A DNA stretch of 38,049 nt from Candidatus Dormiibacterota bacterium (GCA_035648575.1 DASRLG010000041.1:1-38049), one strand, 5' to 3'. Shown: positions 9,901 to 17,320, numbered from the stretch's first letter. Notes: generated by a model not told the origin, from the letters alone. Made by a program: numbers and translations.

Positions 9901-10202
9901 CCGTCTTGGCCGTCACTCGTGAAGATGTATATGTCCGGGCAAAGGTTGCCGTTAGGTCCGTTGGTACCGTTACCGCTGAAATACACGCCCGTCGGATACT
10001 TCTTGAGGTCCACCCCGTTTTTGGTGAAGGTCAGGGTACTGTTTTGGTCGGCCGGGTCGGGGCCGACAACCGATTTGTTGCCGTTCGTGTAACGGTAAGT
10101 TCCATTGTCGGCTGAAGTTTTGCCGGGCAGCAGTGACAAGAACAGGACCATCACCAAGGGCAGAGCCATCCACCATATTTTTTTGCCGCTTAAATATTTC
10201 AT
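6969..10202 (-). CDS. VirB6/TrbL-like polytopic T4SS channel protein with a large extracellular N-domain and a large cytoplasmic C-domain (1077 aa)
   Basis: Signal peptide MKYLSGKKIWWMALPLVMVLFLSLLPGKTSA. About 400 aa of Ser/Gly/Asn/Asp-rich sequence with scattered Cys and a poly-Gly linker follows. Then come multiple TM helices (LIALATILVLIAQALG, LLIASIAIAMSWQLMRFFITL, AAVLIPSIVGVAMGVFGLLTFVGMAALAVVVGFATLIL and others). The C-terminus is a roughly 430-aa charged tail. Confidence 0.7.
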   Translation of the reverse strand: MKYLSGKKIWWMALPLVMVLFLSLLPGKTSADNGTYRYTNGNKSVVGPDPADQNSTLTFTKNGVDLKKYPTGVYFSGNGTNGPNGNLCPDIYIFTSDGQDGSSSADIKSDCGSDIGGISKDYGSITITGKQSPQIGQWIDHSHISVGSSVYYDNKEDNNLSFVLQNSSDSCSAKNYINGFPNSDGSNYQNATASATIHLFTTPGGGNNNCVETDDPITLSPNSDPAGFNYYFVWQDSGTISTSDQTAIVFTQNTAGSGPYMAAKGRSYNKTCQSQISGASGWPTSGTLVIKNSSSDNPLSTGFPSIITGASLHSDGQGCYESDGILIQLADTKGADGKLASDEAAGSSGVGGGGGGSSSQDLSLNCHAGLNPLNWLVCGIVKGLVGIVSALDGAINSELSVGTNGNSDNPDQIFANPDGSCGTGGQCDAYHTAWGYFRDIALGLIALATILVLIAQALGLEMLDAYTIRKVLPRLLIASIAIAMSWQLMRFFITLTNDLGFGIRRLIEAPFIGINTSIHLSLSQSAAVLIPSIVGVAMGVFGLLTFVGMAALAVVVGFATLILRALVVIGLTILSPLGIAAYILPNPYFQRAFKFWWENFSKALFMFPLIAGFIAIGRVFSAIAVNQSSDILSQIIGFIAYFAPYLMIPMTFKFAGGALGGMANLVNSRAQGGYGYLSKKRKEHTAGRVQRARAGYLWNPEFGRFGKNGRSVGRMGSRLAEWAFDADEMVPGKLGQKGTPGFKRFAAGIENKIDDAMIDHSTKGWQEIESKGGMHYEGWRALSGSYRGFSEETQKQLMDEGFIDRETGVSRAPRSLKDIDKITEILGSSGREKEQLAAAGLHTARGTLANISNNPELFRADVQTMGALGLANAGRAEQQDLAEIGNSITARKGKGGGASYAQSVVKKASDAGARLRPETRWGHGVMVDKDGSATGTKGKFYSVFDDNSNLTAAQRQKRKGAARSNAMSIKASDWTGAKAEAVQSARLTNMDIAREKDDQGNYTGAARAMQDLIVNQAGPYGYNDTGAKAEWSDMSEELRKEGVPLPKPRDYDPREQARQQQDAAEAQKAADEAARNH

Positions 10203-10352
10203 AGTCTAGCGGGGAGCAGCTCTATGTATTTTTGTAAACCACCGGGAACGTTTTTGTAGTCAGGCATAGTACGCTTGAAGTTATATTGCTTTAAATATAG
10301 CACATATAAAGGATTAGCGTTATCAAGAAGCCTGCCCATCCCTATCGCATGC

Positions 10353-10381
10353 TTGTCAATAGGTAACTTAAGCACTATAGT
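10353..10381 (+). promoter_or_regulatory. Candidate promoter TTGTCA-17-TATAGT for the pilin array
   Basis: TTGTCA at 10353-10358, a 17-nt spacer, TATAGT at 10376-10381. The ATG at 10391 is only 9 nt downstream and no SD is visible. Confidence 0.4.
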
Positions 10382-10390
10382 TATATAAAA

Positions 10391-11191
10391 ATGAACATTA
10401 CAACACACAAAGCTAAAAAGATAACTAAGAGGATCAGCCGATTTCTGTTCTGTTTCCTGACGGCGGCATTTGTTTTAGCGCCATCGGTAGCCTTGGCCGC
10501 GTCACAGGTTTACGGCATAGCCTGTGCCACCAGCGATGTTAAGGTCAGTAAACATTCAGCGGACTGTTCGGCCGCAGCAGATACCTTAAGACTGTATGAG
10601 ATAGGAAACAAAAGCCCACGCAAGCCCTATCCCACAGGCTATGGCATAACCGTGGTAACGGTAGACTGCGGTAAAAGCAGTCCGACTACACCCCTGTTAA
10701 ACGGGCCGGTTAAGTTTGCCTGCAAGAAATCATCAATAAAACCCACGCTCAAAGGCGCCACCATAATCCAACATGCCGCCGCGGTATCAGGCTCGGGCAG
10801 CCTGGGCGGCCAGGTTACCTGTGATCCGACGACCGATGCCACCTGCCCGGTCTGCCAAAGCAGCAACCCGCCGGCCGGTTGTGTCGATTGCGGCAGCGGT
10901 ACCTGTTCGGACCCCGCGGCTAACCCCAATACTCCTTGCGACACTAACGGCTGCGATTTAATCGGCAAGTATATCGACCCGTTCATTAATTTGTTCTCGG
11001 TGACTTTCGGTTTTATAGCCGTAGCCTCTATTATTATGGGAGGGATACAATACGCGTCCTCGACTGGCGACCCGCAAAAAGTCACGGCGGCCAAACAACG
11101 AATTACCAATACTCTGATTGCCCTGGTAGCTTACTTCTTCCTTTATGGTTTCCTGCAATTCCTGATACCGGGGGGAGCATTTAACGGATGA
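10391..11191 (+). CDS. VirB2/TrbC-like T4SS pilin paralog 1 with a long Cys-rich N-terminal extension (266 aa)
   Basis: N-terminal signal/TM segment. About 14 Cys lie in the mature region. The C-terminal pilin module is FGFIAVASIIMGGIQYASSTGDPQKVTAAKQRITNTLIALVAYFFLYGF, i.e. two TM helices flanking a G..Y.S.GD loop. Confidence 0.8.
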   Translation: MNITTHKAKKITKRISRFLFCFLTAAFVLAPSVALAASQVYGIACATSDVKVSKHSADCSAAADTLRLYEIGNKSPRKPYPTGYGITVVTVDCGKSSPTTPLLNGPVKFACKKSSIKPTLKGATIIQHAAAVSGSGSLGGQVTCDPTTDATCPVCQSSNPPAGCVDCGSGTCSDPAANPNTPCDTNGCDLIGKYIDPFINLFSVTFGFIAVASIIMGGIQYASSTGDPQKVTAAKQRITNTLIALVAYFFLYGFLQFLIPGGAFNG

Positions 11192-11198
11192 AAAACCT

Positions 11199-11585
11199 AT
11201 GTTAAGCGCACTACTATCAATAATGGCGACCGACACCTGTGACAAGTCAGGTGATTTCTTCGGCCTGCGTCCCTGGTATCATTATCTGCCGTCAACAGAC
11301 TTCTCGGGTTGCGATCTGAGTAACTTCACCTTCCTGCCAAGCTCTACCCAGGCCAGCGACGTGCCGCTGGTAATGTTGGCCGTTATCGATGACCTGTTGC
11401 GCATAGCCGGGATCGTGGCCGTGGCTTTTGTCGTCGTGGGCGCCGTCAGGTATATAACCAGCCAGGGCAATCCCGAACAGACAGCCCAGGCCCAATCAAC
11501 CGTCATTAACGCTTTAATAGGTACGGCCATCGCCGTCGCGGCCGCCACTTTCGTCGGCTTTGTCGGCAGTCGGTTGGGGGGCTAA
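11199..11585 (+). CDS. VirB2/TrbC-like T4SS pilin paralog 2
   Basis: C-terminal module IAGIVAVAFVVVGAVRYITSQGNPEQTAQAQSTVINALIGTAIAVAAATF. Upstream CDKSGDFFGLRPWYHYL...GCD region with a Cys pair. Starts 8 nt after paralog 1. Confidence 0.8.
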   Translation: MLSALLSIMATDTCDKSGDFFGLRPWYHYLPSTDFSGCDLSNFTFLPSSTQASDVPLVMLAVIDDLLRIAGIVAVAFVVVGAVRYITSQGNPEQTAQAQSTVINALIGTAIAVAAATFVGFVGSRLGG

Positions 11586-11586
11586 T

Positions 11587-11901
11587 ATGAATATGATATT
11601 GCGAATTTTGGCAGAGTCGATAAGCCCTGGTAACCTGCCTGGCGCGCCGACACCGGCGAACCCCACTCCTAACAGCCTGACCAGCGTGGCTGCTTTGCAA
11701 ACTATCCTGGGCGTGGTGTTTGGTATAATCGGTGCCCTAGCGTTGTTGATCATAACGGTATCCGGACTTCGCTATATAACCTCGGCCGGTGACCCGGAGA
11801 AAACGACCAGGGCCAGAAATGGCATCATCTACGCGCTCGTAGGATTGATTTTGGCCATATCGGCTGAAGCGATAGTAGCCTTCGGAGTCAAAAGATTATG
11901 A
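11587..11901 (+). CDS. VirB2/TrbC-like T4SS pilin paralog 3
   Basis: The track ORF starts at 11560, but the in-frame ATG at 11587 (MNMILRIL...) begins 2 nt after the previous stop. Module VFGIIGALALLIITVSGLRYITSAGDPEKTTRARNGIIYALVGLILAISAEAIV. Confidence 0.75.
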   Translation: MNMILRILAESISPGNLPGAPTPANPTPNSLTSVAALQTILGVVFGIIGALALLIITVSGLRYITSAGDPEKTTRARNGIIYALVGLILAISAEAIVAFGVKRL

Positions 11902-12329
11902 TAAAAAGACTGCTTATGGCCGTAGCCCTGCTTGTCCTGTGCCTGTTCGCGACTCCGCGCGTAGCCTCGGCTTACGATATTTTCGGCGGCGTGGACTGCA
12001 CAAGCGCTACGAATTCAAGCTCCGCGGTCTGTAAAGGCCAGCCGGCCACCGACCCGACTACCGGCAAAGCTGCCGACCCCATAGGCGGCCCCAACGGCCT
12101 GCTGGCCAAGATCACGAATATCGTGGCTTACGCCGGCGGTGCCGCCGCAGTTATCATAGTGATTGTCAGCGCCTTGCGCTTCGTTACTTCCGGCAGTGAT
12201 GTCAGTACCAATTCCCGCACCGACGCCGATGTCGAAAACGCCCGGCGCAGCCTTGGCGGCGCCTTAATCGGCCTAGCCATCATAGTCCTGGCCCGCGCGT
12301 TCATATTATTTGTATTGAATAAAGTGTGA
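11898..12329 (+). CDS. VirB2/TrbC-like T4SS pilin paralog 4
   Basis: ATGA 4-nt overlap with paralog 3. Signal peptide MIKRLLMAVALLVLCLFATPRVASA and a Cys pair. Module AAAVIIVIVSALRFVTSGSDVSTNSRTDADVENARRSLGGALIGLAIIVLA. Confidence 0.8.
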   Translation: MIKRLLMAVALLVLCLFATPRVASAYDIFGGVDCTSATNSSSAVCKGQPATDPTTGKAADPIGGPNGLLAKITNIVAYAGGAAAVIIVIVSALRFVTSGSDVSTNSRTDADVENARRSLGGALIGLAIIVLARAFILFVLNKV

Positions 12330-12339
12330 AGGAGAAACC

Positions 12340-12786
12340 GTGAAACGAACCTTATTAAGCATAGTAGCTTCGCTGGCAATAGTCATGATGCCGCTACCGG
12401 TGTTGGCGGTAGGAGCTTCCTCGTCGTCCACGGGTTGCGGCACTGCTTCTACCCCGAAGACCCAGGTACTGAACGGCTTGGGTGAAACCGGCAGTAATTG
12501 TAGTGATACCGGCGTCGGTAATGCCATCGCCGCTGGCGTAAATATCTTGAGCCTGGTAGTCGGCGTGGCCGCGGTCGTAATGGTCATCCTGGGCGGCTTC
12601 AAATATATAACTTCCGGGGGCGAAGCCAGTAAGGTCTCCAACGCCAAGAACAGCCTGGTTTACGCCTTGGTCGGTTTGTTTATCGCGGCTTTGGCACAAC
12701 TCTTAGTGCATTTCGTACTTGTCCAGTCGAGCCAGGCGGCCTGTCCGCCCGGCAGCAAAGATGCCGCTTGCAAGCCGGCCCACTAG
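12340..12786 (+). CDS. VirB2/TrbC-like T4SS pilin paralog 5
   Basis: GTG start preceded by GAAGGAG with a 5-nt spacing. Signal peptide present. Module VVGVAAVVMVILGGFKYITSGGEASKVSNAKNSLVYALVGLFIAALAQLLVHFVL, plus a C-terminal Cys pair. Confidence 0.8.
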   Translation: MKRTLLSIVASLAIVMMPLPVLAVGASSSSTGCGTASTPKTQVLNGLGETGSNCSDTGVGNAIAAGVNILSLVVGVAAVVMVILGGFKYITSGGEASKVSNAKNSLVYALVGLFIAALAQLLVHFVLVQSSQAACPPGSKDAACKPAH

Positions 12787-12812
12787 CCCTAACCGATAAG
12801 ATGAAAGGCGAC

Positions 12813-12841
12813 TTGATTCCGCTAACGCCTTGTAGTATAAG
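12813..12841 (+). promoter_or_regulatory. Candidate internal promoter TTGATT-17-TATAAG ahead of pilin paralog 6
   Basis: TTGATT at 12813-12818, a 17-nt spacer, TATAAG at 12836-12841, inside the 86-nt gap between paralogs 5 and 6. Confidence 0.35.
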
Positions 12842-12872
12842 TTAAGTAGACGTAAAGAAAGGTATACATAAC

Positions 12873-13337
12873 ATGATCCAAAAAATTAAAAGATATATGT
12901 ACATGCTCGCCGGGACCATAATGCTGGCTTTGCCCGGAGTGGTATCAACCGCGGTCGCGACCGCGACACCGTCCTCAACCTGTAACCAGATCAGTACTGG
13001 CATTGCCAACGGCATTAACCAAGCGACCGGCACAAGCAGCAGCGGCGCTAACGCCGTTGACTGTTCGTCAAGCAGCGTTAACGGCAATACGATCGGTAAA
13101 GCCGCCAAAGGCCTAGTTAACGTTTTCTCCATAATAGTCGGTGTCGTAGCCGTGGTCATGATTATCTACGGCGGCTTCCGCTACATCACCTCCGGTGGCG
13201 ATAGCGGCCGGGTCGGTAATGCCAAGAACAGCCTGATTTACGCTATTGTCGGACTGGTCATAGTGGCGCTGGCACAGCTTATCGTGCACTTCGTCCTTGG
13301 GCAGACCACCAGTATCCAGTCCAATGTTACTGGGTGA
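12873..13337 (+). CDS. VirB2/TrbC-like T4SS pilin paralog 6
   Basis: Signal peptide and a Cys pair. Module IVGVVAVVMIIYGGFRYITSGGDSGRVGNAKNSLIYAIVGLVIVALAQLIVHFVL is nearly identical in pattern to paralog 5. Confidence 0.8.
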   Translation: MIQKIKRYMYMLAGTIMLALPGVVSTAVATATPSSTCNQISTGIANGINQATGTSSSGANAVDCSSSSVNGNTIGKAAKGLVNVFSIIVGVVAVVMIIYGGFRYITSGGDSGRVGNAKNSLIYAIVGLVIVALAQLIVHFVLGQTTSIQSNVTG

Positions 13338-13381
13338 TAAACCCGCGTACGTTTAGTAATTCTGAGACTTTCAGGTACATG

Positions 13382-13410
13382 AAAAAACTTCCCGGTAACG
13401 GGAAGTTTTT
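13382..13410. terminator. Bidirectional intrinsic terminator hairpin between the pilin array and hsp20
   Basis: AAAAAACTTCCCG-GTAA-CGGGAAGTTTTT: a perfect stem with an A-run on one side and a T-run on the other, between convergent genes. Confidence 0.75.
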
Positions 13411-13426
13411 CGTAACCAGGCCCTGT

Positions 13427-13906
13427 CTATAGAACTTGGATTTTCTTGACTGTGTCCTGCTGGACTTTGCCGAAGCTGATGGTTAGAACTCCATCCTTGA
13501 GAACGGCTTCGATTTCTTCTTCTTTGACCGGTACCGGCAAAGCGATGGTGCGGCTGAATTCGCCCCAGTAGCATTCCTGCAAGAAGTAGTTCTCTACGCC
13601 GTCTTCGCTGCCGGAACTCAGGGTTCCGCGGATTGTCAGCTGGTTGTCGGAAATACTGACGTCAAGGTCGTTCTTATTAACACCGGCGGTGCGGGCTTTG
13701 ACAACCAGCTTTTCACGGGTTTCATAAACGTCAACTGCCAGTTGGCCGGGCACGGAATCATCTTCGTCCCATTCGTCTTCGCCGATTGGCGAGTTGGCCG
13801 GTTCGGCTACGGCGTCGGTTGGCTCAGCCGTGTCATCACCCAAAAAGGCTGCGGTTAGTTCGTCTTCTTCGAGCAGGAGATCGTCGTCGCGGTTGCGTCG
13901 CGCCAT
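13427..13906 (-). CDS. Hsp20/alpha-crystallin family small heat-shock protein
   Basis: Alpha-crystallin domain pattern: LAVDVYETREKLVVKARTAGVNKNDLDVSISDNQLTIRG...FSRTIALPVPVKEEEIEAVLKDGVLTISF. The track start at 13924 is GTG. I prefer the ATG at 13906, which has GGAGGG 10 nt upstream. Confidence 0.85.
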   Translation of the reverse strand: MARRNRDDDLLLEEDELTAAFLGDDTAEPTDAVAEPANSPIGEDEWDEDDSVPGQLAVDVYETREKLVVKARTAGVNKNDLDVSISDNQLTIRGTLSSGSEDGVENYFLQECYWGEFSRTIALPVPVKEEEIEAVLKDGVLTISFGKVQQDTVKKIQVL

Positions 13907-14082
13907 AGTAGTGTTACCCTCCACTAAATTAATTGCCGTACTGGCTGCCCTTTTACTTCTATAAAGTCCGGGGCGTCGAGAAAGATTAAAAATCTTGCAT
14001 TTTTGTATTAGTAGCAGTATAGCTTAGGCGATGAAGCCTGCGCAACGTGCCGAACACATATTTACAACACATTAAACACAAC

Positions 14083-14748
14083 ATGAGCCTTTTTGATACC
14101 CTTACCAGTAAAATCGCGCCCTATGACTGCCTGGCCTGCGGAGCCGAGGGCCAGTTACTATGCGCCCCTTGTGCCGGCAAGATGACCCCTGTACCGGAAC
14201 GTTGCTACGGTTGCCGTGAACTTTCACAGGGCTGGCTAATTTGTCCGGCTTGCCGTCCTGCCAGTCGGCTTAGGAGCGTGCGAATAGGCACAACCTATAC
14301 TGGCAGCTCCAAAACCCTGATCTGGAAACTTAAACTATCCGGCGCTCGGGCAGCAGCCAGGATTATGGCCCAACACCTGGTATCCCTAACCATAACCGAC
14401 GATGTGATAATAATCATGCCGGTACCCACGGCGACCAGCCGGGCGCGCCGCCGCGGCTATGACCAGGCGAAACTCCTGGCCCGCGAGCTATCCAGGCAAA
14501 CGCGCCTGCCCTACCGCGATTACCTGGCACGCCGGGGCCAGACACACCAGCACGGCTTAACGCGCCGGGAGCGCCTGACCCAACTGTCGGCTGCTTTCCG
14601 CGTGACTAACCCAAAAGCCATCAAGGGAGCTAATATCATGCTGGTGGACGACGTAGTAACTACTGGTGCTACCCTGGAAGCCGCGGCCGAGGTTCTCCGG
14701 GCCGCCGGTGCCGCCCGGATCGACGCGGTGGTTTTCGCCCAGCCCTAA
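14083..14748 (+). CDS. comFC: ComF-family protein (ComFC-like phosphoribosyltransferase-domain competence protein)
   Basis: N-terminal Cys4 zinc-finger pattern CLACG...CAPC...CYGC...CPAC. C-terminal PRTase motif IMLVDDVVTTGATLEAA. ATG at 14083; the track start at 14047 is GTG. Confidence 0.8.
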   Translation: MSLFDTLTSKIAPYDCLACGAEGQLLCAPCAGKMTPVPERCYGCRELSQGWLICPACRPASRLRSVRIGTTYTGSSKTLIWKLKLSGARAAARIMAQHLVSLTITDDVIIIMPVPTATSRARRRGYDQAKLLARELSRQTRLPYRDYLARRGQTHQHGLTRRERLTQLSAAFRVTNPKAIKGANIMLVDDVVTTGATLEAAAEVLRAAGAARIDAVVFAQP

Positions 14749-14792
14749 AACTTGACTACCCTATTAGCATAAGTAATGATTTAAGAGATTCT

Positions 14793-16256
14793 ATGGAAGA
14801 GGTAACACGAAAAATCGTAAAACTTATCAGTTCGGGCTGGGTATTCGTATTGGCCTTGCTGATCTTCGTGGCTGAAACGGCCTATCTGGCACTGACGAGC
14901 CGTTTCCCCATGGCTTTCGACGAGTCTTACCACTTCAGTTTGATAAAGTTTTTCAGCCATCGTCTTAATCCGATAGTCACCAGCCAGGCCAGCGGCACTT
15001 ACGGTCTCGGGGCGATCGTCCAAAATCCGTCTTTCCTATATCACTACCTGTTGAGCTTTCCCTATCGGTTCATAGCTTTATTCACCAATAGTCCTGAAGT
15101 AGAGGCCACCAGCCTGCGTTTCGTGAATATCGCTTTGGCCTTGGCCAGTTTGATCATTATGCGTAAGCTCTTGCGGCTGATGAATTTATCGGATGCCTTG
15201 GTCAATATAGTAATGCTGGTTTTCGCGCTAACGCCGATGGTCGTGCTGCTGTCGGCGCAGATTAATTATGACAATTTGCTGATTCTGGCAGTCACCTTGT
15301 GTCTCTACGAGACGGTCACGTTCAGCAAGAAACTCGACCGGAAAATCTTTGACGCGAAAGGCTTGCTGACGCTGGCGTGCTTATGTTTGTTCACTAGCGT
15401 GGTGAAGTTCGTTTTCCTGCCGATCTTCTTGGCCATAACGGCTTTCGTGGGCTTCAAGCTGGCTTTGTACCGGCCGCCCGGAGGGACCGGCCTAATAGCC
15501 GTCGCCAAGAAAAGCTTTGCCGATATCAGCAAATCCACCAAGCTGTTCTTGCTGGCAGCCGGCCTCCTGGGCAGCTTCTTTTTCGTCAGGCTTTACGGCG
15601 TCAACCTGGTGAAATATCACAATCCGGCACCCCAATGCAACCAGGTCCTGAACATCCAGGACTGCACGAGGTACTATGCCTGGGACAGCAACTATAACAC
15701 CCGGCAACAGGAGCTGGCCCACCCGACGACCAACATGATGAACGTGCCGCAATATAACGGCTACTGGCTACTGGTAAACGGCTTCGGCCTTTTTGGGGCC
15801 ATCATGCCGTTGCTGGGTCCTTATTATATCTCCCCTACCTTTTGCCTGATCGTTATAATCCTCTGGGCCGCGGCAATCGCCTGCACCATAGTGAACTTCA
15901 AAAAAGTTCGGAAGGGGAATAAAAACCTATTAACGGTAATTGGGATAAGCCTGGTTTACGTATTAGCCATCTGGGGAAGAAACTACCACGATTACTTGCA
16001 GCTGGGCAAACCGGTAGCTATAGATGGCCGGTATTTAGTTCCGGTACTCATATATTTTTACGCTTTGTTGGGGCTGGGCACCCAGTACGCGCTGGCGGAC
16101 AGGCGGCCGCGTCAATTAATTATTAAGCTGGCTTTGGTAGCGCTAACGGTTTTTTCATTCATATATTACGGCGGATTCGTGCAGTACATCAGCCACATCA
16201 GCCCGTCTTACGGCCGGATAAGCCCGTCCAACAACTTCTTCATAGGCAAAGAATAA
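14793..16256 (+). CDS. Polytopic membrane protein, GT-C-fold glycosyltransferase-like (ArnT/PMT-like)
   Basis: 487 aa with about 12 predicted hydrophobic helices. The FDESYHF motif after TM1 resembles the first-loop DE motif of GT-C enzymes. The assignment is by pattern only. Confidence 0.55.
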   Translation: MEEVTRKIVKLISSGWVFVLALLIFVAETAYLALTSRFPMAFDESYHFSLIKFFSHRLNPIVTSQASGTYGLGAIVQNPSFLYHYLLSFPYRFIALFTNSPEVEATSLRFVNIALALASLIIMRKLLRLMNLSDALVNIVMLVFALTPMVVLLSAQINYDNLLILAVTLCLYETVTFSKKLDRKIFDAKGLLTLACLCLFTSVVKFVFLPIFLAITAFVGFKLALYRPPGGTGLIAVAKKSFADISKSTKLFLLAAGLLGSFFFVRLYGVNLVKYHNPAPQCNQVLNIQDCTRYYAWDSNYNTRQQELAHPTTNMMNVPQYNGYWLLVNGFGLFGAIMPLLGPYYISPTFCLIVIILWAAAIACTIVNFKKVRKGNKNLLTVIGISLVYVLAIWGRNYHDYLQLGKPVAIDGRYLVPVLIYFYALLGLGTQYALADRRPRQLIIKLALVALTVFSFIYYGGFVQYISHISPSYGRISPSNNFFIGKE

Positions 16257-16259
16257 TCT

Positions 16260-16352
16260 TGGCGGAGAGAGAGGGATTCGAACCCTCGCGGGGGATTGCT
16301 CCCCCCTATCGATTTAGCAAACCGACCCCTTCAGCCTCTTGGGTACCTCTCC
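16260..16352 (-). tRNA. tRNA-Ser (anticodon GCU), class II long variable arm, CCA encoded
   Basis: The reverse complement folds as GGAGAGG/TCTCTCC acceptor, a 3-bp D stem, anticodon stem TCGGT/ATCGA with loop TTGCTAA, a long variable arm GGGGGGAGCAATCCCCC, and T arm GAGGG-TTCGAAT-CCCTC, ending GCCA. Confidence 0.9.
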
Positions 16353-16384
16353 AGACCGATGTATTATAGCTGATCTGCCTGACA

Positions 16385-16474
16385 TGGCGGAAGGGGTGGG
16401 ATTCGAACCCACGGTACCATTGCTGGCACGCTGGTTTTCAAGACCAGTTCCTTAAACCGCTCGGACACCCTTCC
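16385..16474 (-). tRNA. tRNA-Ser (anticodon UGA), CCA encoded
   Basis: The reverse complement is GGAAGGG...CTGGT-CTTGAAA-ACCAG, a long variable arm, GTGGG-TTCGAAT-CCCAC, CCCTTCC-G-CCA. Confidence 0.9.
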
Positions 16475-16532
16475 TTAACGGCGCTCTAAACAAAACGAGG
16501 CGGTTTTGCTTGAAGACCCGGTAACAGAGGTG

Positions 16533-16560
16533 ATTATAGCAGCGGAGCCGGATTTTTCAA
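16533..16560 (-). promoter_or_regulatory. Candidate promoter TTGAAA-16-TATAAT driving the two tRNA-Ser genes
   Basis: The minus strand reads TTGAAA (complement of 16555-16560), a 16-nt spacer, TATAAT (complement of 16533-16538). It lies about 58 nt upstream of the tRNA-Ser(UGA) 5' end. Confidence 0.5.
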
Positions 16561-16591
16561 AACTGTCAGGCTTGAGTTTCAGGCGTCGACT

Positions 16592-16620
16592 TTGTCCTGT
16601 CGTCAGCACTGCGTTACAAT
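16592..16620 (+). promoter_or_regulatory. Candidate promoter TTGTCC-17-TACAAT ending 7 nt before the ATG at 16628
   Basis: Hexamers at 16592-16597 and 16615-16620. No SD between the -10 and the ATG. Confidence 0.4.
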
Positions 16621-16627
16621 AACGCTT

Positions 16628-17320
16628 ATGGCAGAAACTAAGAATCCACCTGGCACTGTGCCCCAAGCGGGAACGGTAGTCGCGCCCAGCGCGTCGGCTT
16701 CGGCCCAACCCATACAAGCTGCTGCCGTGCCGCCGACTCCGTTGCCAGCCGCCCCTGTCGCACCCGCGACGTCCGCTGCTCCTGCCCCCACTCCGCCCGC
16801 ACCCCCCGAAGAACCACCGGCTTCAGATCCTGAAACCGGTCCCGAACCTAACGATGAGGACCATGAAACCATTACCTGGACGGCCTCGGAGTTCGTAACC
16901 CGGGACAAATCGCCCAACTGGTATCTTCTATTAGCTGTCGGTACAGTGGCAGCCGCGGCCCTAGTATTTCTTATTGCCGGAGGCATAATATCGGTCGTGG
17001 TAGTAATATTCGCGGGCATTTTGCTCGGTATTTATGGCAGGCACCAGCCCAAGCAACAGCAATATCGGCTTGACCAGAACGGCATCGGCATCAGTGATAA
17101 GTACTACGGCTATGATGATTTCAGGTCGTTCACCATCGCTCCCGAAGAAGCCTTCGCCGGCATCGTACTCATGCCCCTAAAACGCTTCGGGGTCCCCATA
17201 ACCATCTATTACGCGCCGGATGACGAGGAAAAGATACTGACTATATTGTCGGATCACATGCCTTTTGAAGAATATCGCGGCGACCCGGTCGAAGACCTGA
17301 TGCGCCACATTCGTTTCTAG
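16628..17320 (+). CDS. Membrane protein with a Pro/Ala-rich N-terminus, two TM helices and a small C-terminal domain
   Basis: ATG at 16628 (MAETKNPPG...); the track start at 16592 is TTG. TM pair WYLLLAVGTVAAAALVFLIAGGIISVVVVIFAGILLGIY. No family assigned. Confidence 0.7.
   Translation: MAETKNPPGTVPQAGTVVAPSASASAQPIQAAAVPPTPLPAAPVAPATSAAPAPTPPAPPEEPPASDPETGPEPNDEDHETITWTASEFVTRDKSPNWYLLLAVGTVAAAALVFLIAGGIISVVVVIFAGILLGIYGRHQPKQQQYRLDQNGIGISDKYYGYDDFRSFTIAPEEAFAGIVLMPLKRFGVPITIYYAPDDEEKILTILSDHMPFEEYRGDPVEDLMRHIRF

Noticed and set aside
10282-10299. TATATT-N6-AATATA inverted repeat in the VirB6/pilin divergent spacer
   Set aside because: It is a low-complexity AT palindrome expected by chance in a 188-bp AT-rich region. 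It could equally be overlapping -10-like hexamers.
1-13337. Integrative conjugative element or prophage interpretation of the T4SS region
   Set aside because: The window contains no integrase, relaxase, coupling ATPase, replication gene, att-like direct repeats or phage structural genes, and housekeeping genes abut the locus. The left edge is truncated, so this cannot be fully excluded.
13982-13996. AAGATT-AAA-AATCTT inverted repeat between hsp20 and comFC
   Set aside because: The arms are short and AT-rich and lie in an AT-rich spacer. It matches neither the CIRCE nor the HAIR consensus, so the evidence is too weak to call an operator.
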